Source: a bacterium (GTDB lineage: Bacteria; Omnitrophota; Gorgyraeia; Zapsychrales; Zapsychraceae). Taken from it: a stretch of 64,000 nt of DNA. The notes below the pieces were generated by a model. It worked only from the letters and a program-made list of their open reading frames with translations. It searched no databases and had not been told where the DNA came from. Below are positions 40,313-50,411 of this stretch, piece by piece. Position 1 is the first letter of the stretch; every line of letters starts with the position of its first letter. Position numbers and translations under genes: made by a program. The stretch is taken from assembly GCA_030429765.1 (NCBI GenBank), contig JAUIER010000008.1, positions 83,403 through 147,402 of the forward strand, written 5' to 3'.

Positions 40313-43300
40313 ATGCTCAAAGCCCTGATAACTTATTTTGTCGATCGTCACCTCTTGACCAATATGATCTTTTTGGCGATCTTTATCGGCGGGATCGTCA
40401 GCTGGCAGAATATCAAAAAAGAAGAGCTGCCGGATGTGACCTTTGACCGGATCCGTATCTCCGCGGCCTACCCCGGCGCCACGGCCGAGGAGGTGGAGCA
40501 TTTTGTCACCAAGGAGATCGAGGAAGCGGTGGAAGGACTCGACGGCGTTTATCGGGTCACCAGTACAGCCAGTCAGGGCAGCACCAGTGTCACCGTCGAG
40601 CTGGAACAGGATTATCCCAAAAAGGACGAGGCCATCACCGAGATCCGTAACGCAGTGTCGGATGTGGACCTGCCTGCCGACATCCGCGATGATCCGTCGG
40701 TCCGGGTTTTTGAGACCTCCAAGAAGGCCATTCTCGACGTGGCCCTGATCTATACCGGGGCGCATCTGCTGGATACCGAACAGCGGCGGTTGCTGCAGCA
40801 ATATGCATTGTCATTGGAAAATCAGCTGGTGAGTCTCAAGGAAGTCAACAGCGTCAACAAATCGGGATATTTTCAGGAAGAGATTCAGATCAAGGTCGAT
40901 CCGGCCAAATTGATTCAGTACGACATTCCCTTCAGTCAGGTCAAGCGTGAGATCTCCAACAATCACGCCCGTCAGCCCGCCGGACATATCGAAATCAAGA
41001 ACGAACCCAAGGTCACCATCAACGCCCAGTTGGACACGCCCGAGAAGATCAATCGATTATATATCCAGGCCGGCTTTGAAGGCCAGGCCATTCCATTGTC
41101 CGACATTGCGGAGGTTGAGCGCGGTTTCAATAAAGGCAAAGAGATCATCAAGGTCAATGGTCATGAGAGCATCATGTTTAACGTGGTCAAGAACAGCTCG
41201 ACGGGGATCCTCGAGGCGCTCGAGGTGGTGACGCAACTGACCGAGGACTTCCGGCAGAGTCATCTCGGCGATGTGCCGATTGAGGTGGTGCTGCTGGATG
41301 ATGAGTCGATTGATGTGCGTAATCGCCTGTCGATCATCGCGCAGAACGGGGCGATGGGATTTGTGATGATCCTGCTGTCCTTGTTTTTGTTTCTCAATAA
41401 ACGCTCCGGTGTGTGGGTGGCACTGGGGATTCCGTTTACGATTTGCTTTACGCTGATCTGCGGGCACATGATGGGTTACACGGTCAACAATACCACGCTG
41501 GCCGCGATCATCATTGTGATGGGGATTGTCGTCGACGACGCGATCGTGGTCGCCGAGAACATCGGACGCATGCGCTCGCGCGGACGCAATGACCGTGACG
41601 CCGCGATCGAAGGCACCACCGAGGTATTTTTGCCGATCCTGGCCAGTATCGTGACCACGTGTATCGCGTTTATCCCGCTGTTTTATTTTCAGGGACGCTT
41701 CGGCGCGATCAATAAATACATTCCGCCGATTATCTTTCTGATGCTCGGCGCTAGTCTGTTTGAGTCGCTGTTGATCTTACCCGGGCACATGAGCTCCAAG
41801 GCGCCCAAGTTTTTGAGCCGGCGTAAAAAGGCCGGGGCCGTGACCAAGGCCCACTGGTTTGAACGCATCGAAAATATGTATGGCCGGGCCCTGGAAAAGA
41901 TCCTGCCGTTTAAGCTGATTGTGTTCGCGGGATTTATCGGTTTGTTGATCTTTTCCGGATGGGTCATGACCCAGAAGATGAAGTTTGTGATGTTCCCCAA
42001 TGAAGAAACCCGCGACATTGTGCTGTCGGGTAATGCCGATAAGACCGCCGACCGCATTGATACCGCCAATGTCACGCGCAAAATTGAAGATATCCTTAAA
42101 CCCTACATCGGTCAGGAGGTGGTGGGGTATCGCACCGAGATCGCGCGTAGCCGTCGGGGCGGGGAGGTCCAGGAAAACCGTTTTCGGATGATTATCGAGG
42201 TTGTGCCCAAGGAAAAACGCGAGCGCTCCGCCGACCAATTGATCGCGTTGTGGAAACCGCAGATCGAGGCCGTCGACGGATTGGCCAAGGTCATGTTTCA
42301 GAAGAGCCGTTGGGGACAGGACAGCGGCAGTCCGATTGCCATTCTGATTCAGGAAAACAATGATCAGCTGCGGGCACAGGCCGCCGCCCGACTATCCGAG
42401 ATGATGAGTAGTAATCCGCATCTGACCAATGTCGAGATCGAGGCGCCGATCCGCATCGCCGAACACAAGATTGATTTCAAACGCGACAAGGTCAAACGGC
42501 TCGACATCAACCCGACGGAGATCACCGCCACATTCCGTTCGGCGCTGGAGGGATCGGTGCTGTACGAGTATCCCAACGGTGACGAGGAAGTCGACGTTCG
42601 ATTGACGGTGAAGGACGATTCCAAACGGGACCTGAATACGATTCTGGATATCCCGGTGCAGAATCAGCGTAACTATCTGGTGCCGCTGCGCGATCTGGTG
42701 GATGTCACCGACACGCAGACGCCTAATTCGATTTCGCGACGTGACGGACGCCGGACCACGGAGGTCTACGCGGATATCAAGAAAGGGCTTAAGATAACAC
42801 CGCTTGAGATTGCCGAAGAGCTGGAGCGTTCGGTGTTCCCGCAGGTGCTGAAGGCCCAGCCGTCGACGACGCTGTCGTTTACCGGGGAGGTCTACGATAC
42901 CCGCGAGGCACAGGGCGGTTTTCGAACGGCGATCATCATGGTCGTGTGCCTGATCTTCGCGATCCTGTCGGTGCTGTATAATTCCGTAACCCGTCCGCTG
43001 ATCATTATGTTGTCGATTCCGTTCGGGATGGTTGGTGTAATTTTGGCGTTTTGGCTGCACGGAAAAATTCTGTTTGGATTCTTTGCCGCAATCGGCGCCT
43101 TGGGGCTGGCCGGCGTGGTGATCAATGATTCGATCATTATGCTTTCCAAGCTGGACAATGAATTCGACGCCACTCATCGCCATCAGATCAATCCGTGTAT
43201 CGCCCGCATCGCGCAGACGCGTTTGCGCGCGGTGATCCTGACCACGGTAACGACGGTCGTCGGGGTGTTGCCGACCGCGTATGGACTGGCCGGGTACGAT

Positions 43301-43462
43301 GCCATGCTTGCCGAGATGATGCTGGCGCTGGCGTGGGGGCTGGTGTTCGGGACGTTGATTACACTCTTATTAATTCCGTGCCTGTACAGTGTGGTGCAGG
43401 GCGTCCGGTTTAGAATCAAAAAACCAGAGGTGACACATGCACATGCCGTATCCAAAAGTTAA
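40313..43462 (+). CDS. RND-family efflux transporter permease (AcrB/CzcA superfamily)
   Basis: 1049 aa; 12-TM architecture with two large periplasmic loops; N-terminus MLKALITYFVDRHLLTNMIFLAIFIGG. Confidence 0.8.
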   Translation: MLKALITYFVDRHLLTNMIFLAIFIGGIVSWQNIKKEELPDVTFDRIRISAAYPGATAEEVEHFVTKEIEEAVEGLDGVYRVTSTASQGSTSVTVELEQDYPKKDEAITEIRNAVSDVDLPADIRDDPSVRVFETSKKAILDVALIYTGAHLLDTEQRRLLQQYALSLENQLVSLKEVNSVNKSGYFQEEIQIKVDPAKLIQYDIPFSQVKREISNNHARQPAGHIEIKNEPKVTINAQLDTPEKINRLYIQAGFEGQAIPLSDIAEVERGFNKGKEIIKVNGHESIMFNVVKNSSTGILEALEVVTQLTEDFRQSHLGDVPIEVVLLDDESIDVRNRLSIIAQNGAMGFVMILLSLFLFLNKRSGVWVALGIPFTICFTLICGHMMGYTVNNTTLAAIIIVMGIVVDDAIVVAENIGRMRSRGRNDRDAAIEGTTEVFLPILASIVTTCIAFIPLFYFQGRFGAINKYIPPIIFLMLGASLFESLLILPGHMSSKAPKFLSRRKKAGAVTKAHWFERIENMYGRALEKILPFKLIVFAGFIGLLIFSGWVMTQKMKFVMFPNEETRDIVLSGNADKTADRIDTANVTRKIEDILKPYIGQEVVGYRTEIARSRRGGEVQENRFRMIIEVVPKEKRERSADQLIALWKPQIEAVDGLAKVMFQKSRWGQDSGSPIAILIQENNDQLRAQAAARLSEMMSSNPHLTNVEIEAPIRIAEHKIDFKRDKVKRLDINPTEITATFRSALEGSVLYEYPNGDEEVDVRLTVKDDSKRDLNTILDIPVQNQRNYLVPLRDLVDVTDTQTPNSISRRDGRRTTEVYADIKKGLKITPLEIAEELERSVFPQVLKAQPSTTLSFTGEVYDTREAQGGFRTAIIMVVCLIFAILSVLYNSVTRPLIIMLSIPFGMVGVILAFWLHGKILFGFFAAIGALGLAGVVINDSIIMLSKLDNEFDATHRHQINPCIARIAQTRLRAVILTTVTTVVGVLPTAYGLAGYDAMLAEMMLALAWGLVFGTLITLLLIPCLYSVVQGVRFRIKKPEVTHAHAVSKS

Positions 43463-44882
43463 ACCGTTTGTCGGATTATTCAGTCTGATGCTTCTGACGG
43501 CCGCGGGAATGGTCTCAGGCGCTGACGCGCAATCGGCCGGACAATCGCTGAGTTTTGAGGCCTATATCCAGCGGGCCACCACGAGCGACGCGGAGTTTGA
43601 ACAGATCCTGATCGACGAGTTGACGTTGAAATATCAAAAAGACCTGCAGCTGCCGGCACGGGATCTGGTGTTGTCGGTCAAACAACAGCATGAGTTTTTC
43701 TTCAGTCAGGACCGGGAGTCGCCGGACACAACGGTTGGCTTAAGTAAACTGTTTCCGCTGACCGGTACCGAAATCGCCGCCGACTATCAGGTGGGAGCGG
43801 GCGTCTCCTCGGGAACAAAGTCATCCAGCGCGGCGTTTACGCTGGCACAACCGATTGCCGAGAACGCGTTCGGACGTTCCACGCGGCTGCTCGACAAGAT
43901 CGTCGATCTCGAAGTGGACGTGTCCCGTCATCAGATCGTCGAGGCCTATGAAGATTATCTCGCCCAGATCATCACGGCGTATTACACCTGGTATGAAGAT
44001 TACGAGAATCTGCTGATCGGACGGGCATCGTATCAGGAGAACGCCAAACTGCTGGATAATATGAAGGAACGCGAAAAACAAAAGATCGCCCTGCCGATTG
44101 ATGTGAATAAAGTTCGGCTGCAGGTGTTATCTCGTAAGGAACGTCTGATTGAACTCGAAGAGCAGTATCAAAATAGTCTGAATGTCATCAAGCGGGCCAT
44201 CCGCGCATCAACGGATGAGGTCTATATCCCGCAGCTTGGCGATCCGATGGGGGAGCTCAGCGGGGAATTTGAGGGCGACTTTCAGACTTTTACCGAGGTC
44301 AGCCGTACGTTCGGGATCCTGAACATGTTGGAACAGCGCAGTTCACTCAACGTGGCCCGTGAGGCCGACGATTTGCTGCCGTCCATCAAGTTGATCGCCG
44401 GTTACGAAGTCGCCGGCCGGGATTATGATATCGACCGGGAGGATAATTTTTTCTACGCTGGACTGTCGCTGGAATGGCCCTTGTCGGATCAAGTGGTCAG
44501 CGCAGAGTATCAGGTGTCTCAGATCGTTGACAACAAACAGCAATTGACCACCGTCAACACGTATCATCGGTTGTATACCCAGCTGGCCAATCTGTATCTG
44601 CAGATTGAGCGCGAGCAAAAACTGATGGCGATCGCCGATGAACGGATTGAACTGGCCCAGTCAATTTTGGAAGACGAACGCGAAAACTATTCGTTCGGTA
44701 AGGTCACGCTCAATGACTACATCCAGGCCTTCAACACGCTGGACACCAATCGCTTTAACAAAAATTTTCATGACGCGCAGTACAGACGGTTGCTGGTGGA
44801 GTGGCTGAGACTCACCGATCAGCTGGTCACCCGATCGCAACTGGAACCCCGTCTGGAAACCATGGAAGACGCCGTCGAATAG
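43437..44882 (+). CDS. TolC-like outer-membrane efflux factor (OMF)
   Basis: Signal peptide; 481 aa; internally duplicated coiled-coil/barrel pattern typical of OMFs. Confidence 0.6.
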   Translation: MHMPYPKVKPFVGLFSLMLLTAAGMVSGADAQSAGQSLSFEAYIQRATTSDAEFEQILIDELTLKYQKDLQLPARDLVLSVKQQHEFFFSQDRESPDTTVGLSKLFPLTGTEIAADYQVGAGVSSGTKSSSAAFTLAQPIAENAFGRSTRLLDKIVDLEVDVSRHQIVEAYEDYLAQIITAYYTWYEDYENLLIGRASYQENAKLLDNMKEREKQKIALPIDVNKVRLQVLSRKERLIELEEQYQNSLNVIKRAIRASTDEVYIPQLGDPMGELSGEFEGDFQTFTEVSRTFGILNMLEQRSSLNVAREADDLLPSIKLIAGYEVAGRDYDIDREDNFFYAGLSLEWPLSDQVVSAEYQVSQIVDNKQQLTTVNTYHRLYTQLANLYLQIEREQKLMAIADERIELAQSILEDERENYSFGKVTLNDYIQAFNTLDTNRFNKNFHDAQYRRLLVEWLRLTDQLVTRSQLEPRLETMEDAVE

Positions 44883-44933
44883 TCAAGACCGCGTCGTCAT
44901 TTAAGAACCGTTAAAACAAGAGAAGGAGGTCAC

Positions 44934-45506
44934 ATGAAGAAAGCATTATTAGCAAGTTTGATCATCGCCGGTATGGTGATGGCCAACACCACGACCGTAC
45001 AGGCCTGGTCGGGAAAAAAGGGCGGATGCATGAAGTGCGCGTCCAAGGCCGAGAAGTGTAAGATCAGCAAGCTCAAGAAGAAGGTCAAACCGTTGTGGAA
45101 AAACCAGGCCGAGCTTGGTATTACGGATGATCAATTGAAACAGATCAAGGAGATCAAACACGCGGCCATCAAAGAAATGATCCAGCTCAAGGCCGACAAG
45201 GACATCATTATGGTGGACTTGAAGTCAGCCATGAAATCCCCAAGCATCAATGTCGGGCAGGTCAATTCGATGATCGATGCCAAATACGCGACCAAGGTCA
45301 AGACGGCCAAGACATTCGTCAAGGCCCTCGCGGATATTCAGCAGGTGCTGACCGAAGAGCAACGCGTGAAATGGCTTGAGATGTGTAAGAAGTGCTGCTC
45401 GAGCGGAGACTGCGGCGGGAAGTGCGGTAAAGGCGGCGGTAATTACTGCCCGATCACCGGCAAACCGATGCACGGCAAAGGTTCAGCCAAAGGGTCGATG
45501 AAGTAA
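44934..45506 (+). CDS. Periplasmic LTXXQ-like protein with Cys-rich, likely metal-binding C-terminus
   Basis: Signal peptide; helical body; C-terminus CKKCCSSGDCGGKCGKGGGNYCPITGKPMHG. Confidence 0.45.
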   Translation: MKKALLASLIIAGMVMANTTTVQAWSGKKGGCMKCASKAEKCKISKLKKKVKPLWKNQAELGITDDQLKQIKEIKHAAIKEMIQLKADKDIIMVDLKSAMKSPSINVGQVNSMIDAKYATKVKTAKTFVKALADIQQVLTEEQRVKWLEMCKKCCSSGDCGGKCGKGGGNYCPITGKPMHGKGSAKGSMK

Positions 45507-45546
45507 TCATTTCCATTCAAGATGCCTGCCCGCGCGCCGGGCGGGC

Positions 45547-45590
45547 ATCGCCCTAACCCGCGTCGCCAGCCCCGGGGGCTTTGGGACCAG
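45547..45590 (+). repeat. Dispersed intergenic repeat, copy G
   Basis: cccgCGTCGCCAGCCCCGGGGGCTTTGGGACCAGGTCTTAAAAA. Confidence 0.75.
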
Positions 45591-45644
45591 GTCTTAAAAA
45601 GTAAAACTACCGACCGCCCGTCCTTCCTGATACAATGGTAGTTT

Positions 45645-46505
45645 ATGAAACGCCATCCTCTACAAATTTTGTTATGCGGCATCCTGTGTCTATGTTTGAC
45701 GTCCCAGGTGTGGGCGACGGACGCGTCACGGCTGGATCCCGGCGATGTGGTCTTTAAGATCGGCGTGTCGGGGATTCTCTTTGCCAAACGGGTGATTGTG
45801 GTACGGGTAGACCTGGCGCGTAATGAGGTCAAGGTGCGCGACGCCGAGACGGGAGACACGTACTGGACCAACGCGAAAAATCTCTATACCAAGACCGAGC
45901 GTAACCGGGATATCATGTGGCGGACGGTCAAAGGCGTCGATCAGGGATTCAAGAATATCGAGGCCGGCAAGCAGCGGCAGAATGCCACATACTCTGCTCC
46001 AAAAAAATATACCCCGCCCCGGACCAAGACCTACGCGGCCAACGCACGAGTCACGCCCGCCACTCGAGCGCCAAAGAAAACAACCGCCCCTACGTATCTC
46101 GGGCCCAAAAAAACAACCACACCGCCGCCGCAACGCACGTATACCTTCAAGACCGATCCCAAGCAGCGTCGCTTGATGATTCACAATCACTGTCATCGGC
46201 CCGTCGAGATGCTGTTTCATTTTAAGAACCGGGATAGCAAACTGCAGCTAGTCCTGCACAAACTCAAGGCCTACCAAAAGAAGTTTCTTGTCACGGAAAG
46301 CGGACAAACCGCCTATCCGCAGAATGGGTTGATATGGTATACCGCGGACACGCAGGATGGAACATATTCCTGGATGAATATCCCCGGCAAGGAATCTTAT
46401 TCACGTATTATGAACGGCAAAGCCCGGACCATGATCGACTACATCCCGTCCGCCAATGTGGACGGGGATTATCAGCTTATTCTCGAATGCCGTAATCTGA
46501 AGTAG
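45645..46505 (+). CDS. Secreted hypothetical protein with Pro/Thr/Lys-rich linker
   Basis: Signal peptide; central low-complexity segment PKKYTPPRTKTYAANARVTPATRAPKKTTAPTYLGPKKTTTPPP. Confidence 0.45.
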   Translation: MKRHPLQILLCGILCLCLTSQVWATDASRLDPGDVVFKIGVSGILFAKRVIVVRVDLARNEVKVRDAETGDTYWTNAKNLYTKTERNRDIMWRTVKGVDQGFKNIEAGKQRQNATYSAPKKYTPPRTKTYAANARVTPATRAPKKTTAPTYLGPKKTTTPPPQRTYTFKTDPKQRRLMIHNHCHRPVEMLFHFKNRDSKLQLVLHKLKAYQKKFLVTESGQTAYPQNGLIWYTADTQDGTYSWMNIPGKESYSRIMNGKARTMIDYIPSANVDGDYQLILECRNLK

Positions 46506-46551
46506 ACACCCGCTGCGCAACCCCCGGGGGCTTTGGAACCAGGTCTTAAAA
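46505..46551 (+). repeat. Dispersed intergenic repeat, copy H
   Basis: GACACCCGCTGCGCAACCCCCGGGGGCTTTGGAACCAGGTCTTAAAAA. Confidence 0.75.
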
Positions 46552-46622
46552 ATAGCTGGGCGATGTCCCCAAGTTTTAGTATGTCGAAAGTCATTCAGTC
46601 ACAAAAAGGTGGCATAAAAGAG

Positions 46623-47999
46623 ATGATCACCATCGCGTTACCGATGGTGATTTCGTATGCCTGTGAAACGGTCATGATCTTCACCGACCGGATGTTTCTA
46701 TCGCGTCTGGGGCCTGAACTCATGAACGCGTCGATGGCCGGAGGCGTGACGGCGTACATGATGATGACATTTATCCTCGGGTTGACCGGCTACACCACGG
46801 CCTTGGCCGCGCAATATCTGGGATCGCAACAGCACCACAATTCATCCCGGGTGGCCGCCCAGGCGATGATCATTGTCCTCGTCGGATATCCGCTGATTCT
46901 ATTGGCAAGACCATTTGCTTACTGGCTGTTCGCTAAAGCCGGCCTGGATTCCGAACAGCTCGCCCCGCAACTGATTTATTTCAATACCATCATTGTGTTT
47001 TGCTTTTTCTCGCTGTTCCGGCATACACTCAGCAGTTACTTCACGGCCATCGGACGGACGCGTATTGTGATGATCGCCTCGGTTGTGTCGATGATTGTCA
47101 ATGTGATGGCCAACTATATCTTGATCTTCGGGAAATTTGGAGCGCCGGCACTGGGAATCAAAGGGGCGGCGTACGGCACGATCCTGGGGGCGGCCTCAGG
47201 GCTCGTCCTGTTGCTCCGGGTTTATTTTGATCAAACAAACCGCGAACAATTTGCCGTCCTGAGCTCGTTTCGATTTGACTGGACCATCATGAAGAAGCTA
47301 TTGCGTTTCGGCTCGCCGCAGGGGATGGAGATGTTCCTGAATCTGCTGGCCTTTGATCTGATGATCCTGATCTTTCATTCGGCCGGACCTGTTCAGGCCA
47401 CCGCTGCCACCGTGGTGCTGAATTGGGATATGGTTACCTACGTTCCGCTGATGGGGCTTGAGATTGGCGTCACTAGTCTGGTGGGGCGGTACATGGGCGC
47501 CCGTGATATCCCGTCGGCGTTACGCTCGACGCGCTCAGCGCTCGGGATGGCTTATTGTTATTCGTCGATTATTCTGATTACATTTGCCTGTTTCACCCCG
47601 CAGCTGGTGGATATGTTTCACAGCACCAACGGCGGCACATTGTTTGAGGACGCGCGCCCGGCCGCCATATTCATGTTGCGTCTGGCCATTTTGTATATCT
47701 GGGTGGTGTCGATCTTTGTGGTGCTGATTGGATCACTGCGTGGCGCGGGCGACACTTTGTGGTGTATGTATTTTTCCGTCGTTCTGCACTGGATATCGCT
47801 TCCGATACTTTACGTGATGCTCAATATTTGCGACACAACCGTTCAGGCCGCCTGGGCCGCTATGATCGGGGTATTTCTGGTCGGATCGATATTTTTGATT
47901 GTGCGTTATCGACGAGGCAAGTGGCAGCTGATACAAGTGGTGGACGATTCAGTCAGTCAACTGCCCAGCGGCATCGATGAATTTCATGAGCGCGCCTGA
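46623..47999 (+). CDS. MATE-family multidrug/sodium efflux transporter
   Basis: 12 TM helices; N-terminus ITIALPMVISYACETVMIFTDRMFLSRLG. The tool start at 46533 runs through an intergenic repeat. The ATG at 46623 is preferred; 46581 is also possible. Confidence 0.7.
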   Translation: MITIALPMVISYACETVMIFTDRMFLSRLGPELMNASMAGGVTAYMMMTFILGLTGYTTALAAQYLGSQQHHNSSRVAAQAMIIVLVGYPLILLARPFAYWLFAKAGLDSEQLAPQLIYFNTIIVFCFFSLFRHTLSSYFTAIGRTRIVMIASVVSMIVNVMANYILIFGKFGAPALGIKGAAYGTILGAASGLVLLLRVYFDQTNREQFAVLSSFRFDWTIMKKLLRFGSPQGMEMFLNLLAFDLMILIFHSAGPVQATAATVVLNWDMVTYVPLMGLEIGVTSLVGRYMGARDIPSALRSTRSALGMAYCYSSIILITFACFTPQLVDMFHSTNGGTLFEDARPAAIFMLRLAILYIWVVSIFVVLIGSLRGAGDTLWCMYFSVVLHWISLPILYVMLNICDTTVQAAWAAMIGVFLVGSIFLIVRYRRGKWQLIQVVDDSVSQLPSGIDEFHERA

Positions 48000-48115
48000 G
48001 CGCATACAAGCGACGGTTGTCTGGAACACAAGATTCGATTAGAATACTGATAACTGACAACTGGCTTTGCTGCAGACCGATTCGTGATCTGAGCTGATTT
48101 CATTAAAAAGGAGAG

Positions 48116-48538
48116 ATGATGGGATTATTCGACGCATTTAAAACGCATCAAGTTGTTTTGGCGTTCATACTGGGAACGCAGGATGGCATCGGCGCGGACA
48201 CCGTGATCGATACCTCCGGTGATGAGCGCTGGAAACAGAAACTCCGGACCGAGACCCGCTGTCCGCAGGCCGAGGTGGTGCTCTTCAGGGAAGATCAATG
48301 GCGCATGCCGGCGGCCCGCACGCATGCCGATATCTATAATCAGCAAATTCTCACCGAGATCGTCGGCGGGATGGCGATCAAACTGGATGAATTAGGCGTG
48401 TCCGAGCCGGTGGTTCAGTCGGTGATCCGTGGCGACATTGAGAATCTGAGGCTGCCGTCTTCCGGCCGGGTGATCTTGTTTCAATTGATCAAGGCCCCGG
48501 GTAGTCAGCTCGGACAGTTGTTGAAGCATAAGCTCTGA
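48116..48538 (+). CDS. Hypothetical protein
   Basis: 140-aa ORF with Shine-Dalgarno GGAGAGATG; no recognisable motif. Confidence 0.4.
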   Translation: MMGLFDAFKTHQVVLAFILGTQDGIGADTVIDTSGDERWKQKLRTETRCPQAEVVLFREDQWRMPAARTHADIYNQQILTEIVGGMAIKLDELGVSEPVVQSVIRGDIENLRLPSSGRVILFQLIKAPGSQLGQLLKHKL

Positions 48539-48622
48539 GCGGGGCACCGCAAGTTGTTGAATTGGCATCAAGTGGTGAAGACATTATCAATCATCGAAAT
48601 CATATGAACAAAGGATAAAACA

Positions 48623-49708
48623 ATGGCCAAACGAATTGCAATATTAACCGGCGGTGGAGATTGTGCCGGACTTAACGCGGTGATCCGGGCGGTCACTAAA
48701 AAGGCCATCCTCGAATTCGGCTACGAAGTCTACGGATTCGAGGATGGATATGAAGGACTGATCAAAAATTCTTACCGTCGACTGGAGTTCAATGATGTCT
48801 CCGGGATCCTCACCCTGGGCGGCACTATTCTGGGAACGTCCAACAAGGCCAATCCGTTTAAATATGCCTTTAAAAAAGGGGATCAGGTCATTCATGAAGA
48901 CCGTTCACAGGATGTCCTGCACAATTATGAAGACTTAGATATTGATTGTCTGGTGTGCATCGGCGGGGATGGAACCCTGACGATCGCCAAAAAATTGGCC
49001 GATCTCGGGATGAATGTCGTCGGTGTTCCCAAGACAATTGATAATGATATTCGCGGGACAGATGTGACCTTCGGATTTGATTCGGCCGTTGAAATTGTCA
49101 CCGAAGGGATTGATCGCATACACAGTACGGCGCAATCGCATCACCGGGTGATGATCGTCGAGGTTATGGGGCGGACAGCCGGATGGATTGCGTTGCACGC
49201 CGGTGTGGCCGGCGGCGGCGACATACTGTTGATTCCGGAGATTCCCTATGATCTAAATCGGGTGGTTGAACGCGTGTTGCTGCGCAGTAAAAAGGGCAAA
49301 CGGTTTAGTATTATCGTCGTGGCCGAAGGCGCCAAGCCCAAGGACGGAGACGTCACCATCCAGCGGATTGTCAAGGACAGCGCGGAGCCGGTCCGGTTGG
49401 GCGGGATCAGTTTTGTCCTGGGCCAGCAGATTGAAGAGGCCACGCATCTGGAAACCCGCTCGGTGGTGATGGGTCACCTGCAGCGTGGAGGCGATCCGAC
49501 AGCGATTGACCGGGTGCTCGCCACACGATTGGGCACGCGGGTGGTCGATATGATTGAAAACAAGGAGTTCGGGCAGATGGTGGGCGTCCGCTGTCAGGGG
49601 CTCGTCAATGTCCCGTTAGACGAGGTCGCCAAAGGGGCCCGGCTGGTTTCCATCGACGATCCCTTAATCAAATCAGCCCGTTCAATCGGCGTGAGTTTTG
49701 GGGATTAA
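48623..49708 (+). CDS. 6-phosphofructokinase
   Basis: N-terminus RIAILTGGGDCAGLNAVIRAV; active-site region GGDGT...PKTIDND. Confidence 0.85.
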   Translation: MAKRIAILTGGGDCAGLNAVIRAVTKKAILEFGYEVYGFEDGYEGLIKNSYRRLEFNDVSGILTLGGTILGTSNKANPFKYAFKKGDQVIHEDRSQDVLHNYEDLDIDCLVCIGGDGTLTIAKKLADLGMNVVGVPKTIDNDIRGTDVTFGFDSAVEIVTEGIDRIHSTAQSHHRVMIVEVMGRTAGWIALHAGVAGGGDILLIPEIPYDLNRVVERVLLRSKKGKRFSIIVVAEGAKPKDGDVTIQRIVKDSAEPVRLGGISFVLGQQIEEATHLETRSVVMGHLQRGGDPTAIDRVLATRLGTRVVDMIENKEFGQMVGVRCQGLVNVPLDEVAKGARLVSIDDPLIKSARSIGVSFGD

Positions 49709-49748
49709 TCATCCGGCCGAATTTAGTGAGCCGGCGAAAGGAGTTGTT

Positions 49749-49937
49749 ATGAGCACATTTCTCGATGAGTTAAAAAGCAATTTAAATAAACGGATTCATT
49801 TTTCGCTGGACGATAATGATCCGCTCATGGACTTTAAATTGGTCGAGGTCGGCGACGATTATGTCAAGGTAGAGCACGGCCCCGTGCACCGCATCATCCC
49901 GATCAGCAAGATTACCTATATTCAGGAGCAGGAATAG
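49749..49937 (+). CDS. Hypothetical small protein
   Basis: 62-aa ORF after an AAGGAG Shine-Dalgarno; the tool start at 49698 overlaps the pfk stop. Confidence 0.35.
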   Translation: MSTFLDELKSNLNKRIHFSLDDNDPLMDFKLVEVGDDYVKVEHGPVHRIIPISKITYIQEQE

Positions 49938-50062
49938 CCCGGACGCGGATGTTTCAAACGTCCGGGAAGTGGGTGATCGGGGTTGATTCCAGAACAGCGC
50001 ATTGATTGTGGAGAAATAAATGCAACCAAAAAGTCACGCGCGTGACGAATTGGAGGGCAAGT

Positions 50063-50299
50063 ATGGAACAAGTCAATTGGGTATCGATCGGGTTCGGGAT
50101 AACTTTTTGGCTGTATGGATTGTTTACGCTTTTGATGCGCCAACGAAAGCCGTCAATATTTCGTAAGCTCGAACCCATGAAGAAACTGTGGGGTGAACAA
50201 TGGGGCGTCCGAATCCATTTTTTCGGTTACACCGTGATGCCGATTATTTTTGGTTCGGTCTTTGTTTGGGCAGGATTGAATGGGCAAAGTATTTTCTAA
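50063..50299 (+). CDS. Small two-TM membrane protein
   Basis: ATG at 50063 after GGAGGG; two hydrophobic helices. Confidence 0.35.
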   Translation: MEQVNWVSIGFGITFWLYGLFTLLMRQRKPSIFRKLEPMKKLWGEQWGVRIHFFGYTVMPIIFGSVFVWAGLNGQSIF

Positions 50300-50411
50300 T
50301 CAGCAGTATTTCCCCGTACTATTGCTGATTGTCAATATGTGAATGAATTGTTATGATGATCGGATACCTTAATTCGACTGACAGATTCCGCTCAATCATA
50401 AGGAGGTCTGT

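Noticed and set aside
42392-43183. 263-aa minus-strand ORF inside the RND pump gene
   Set aside because: Shadow ORF in a GC-rich gene.
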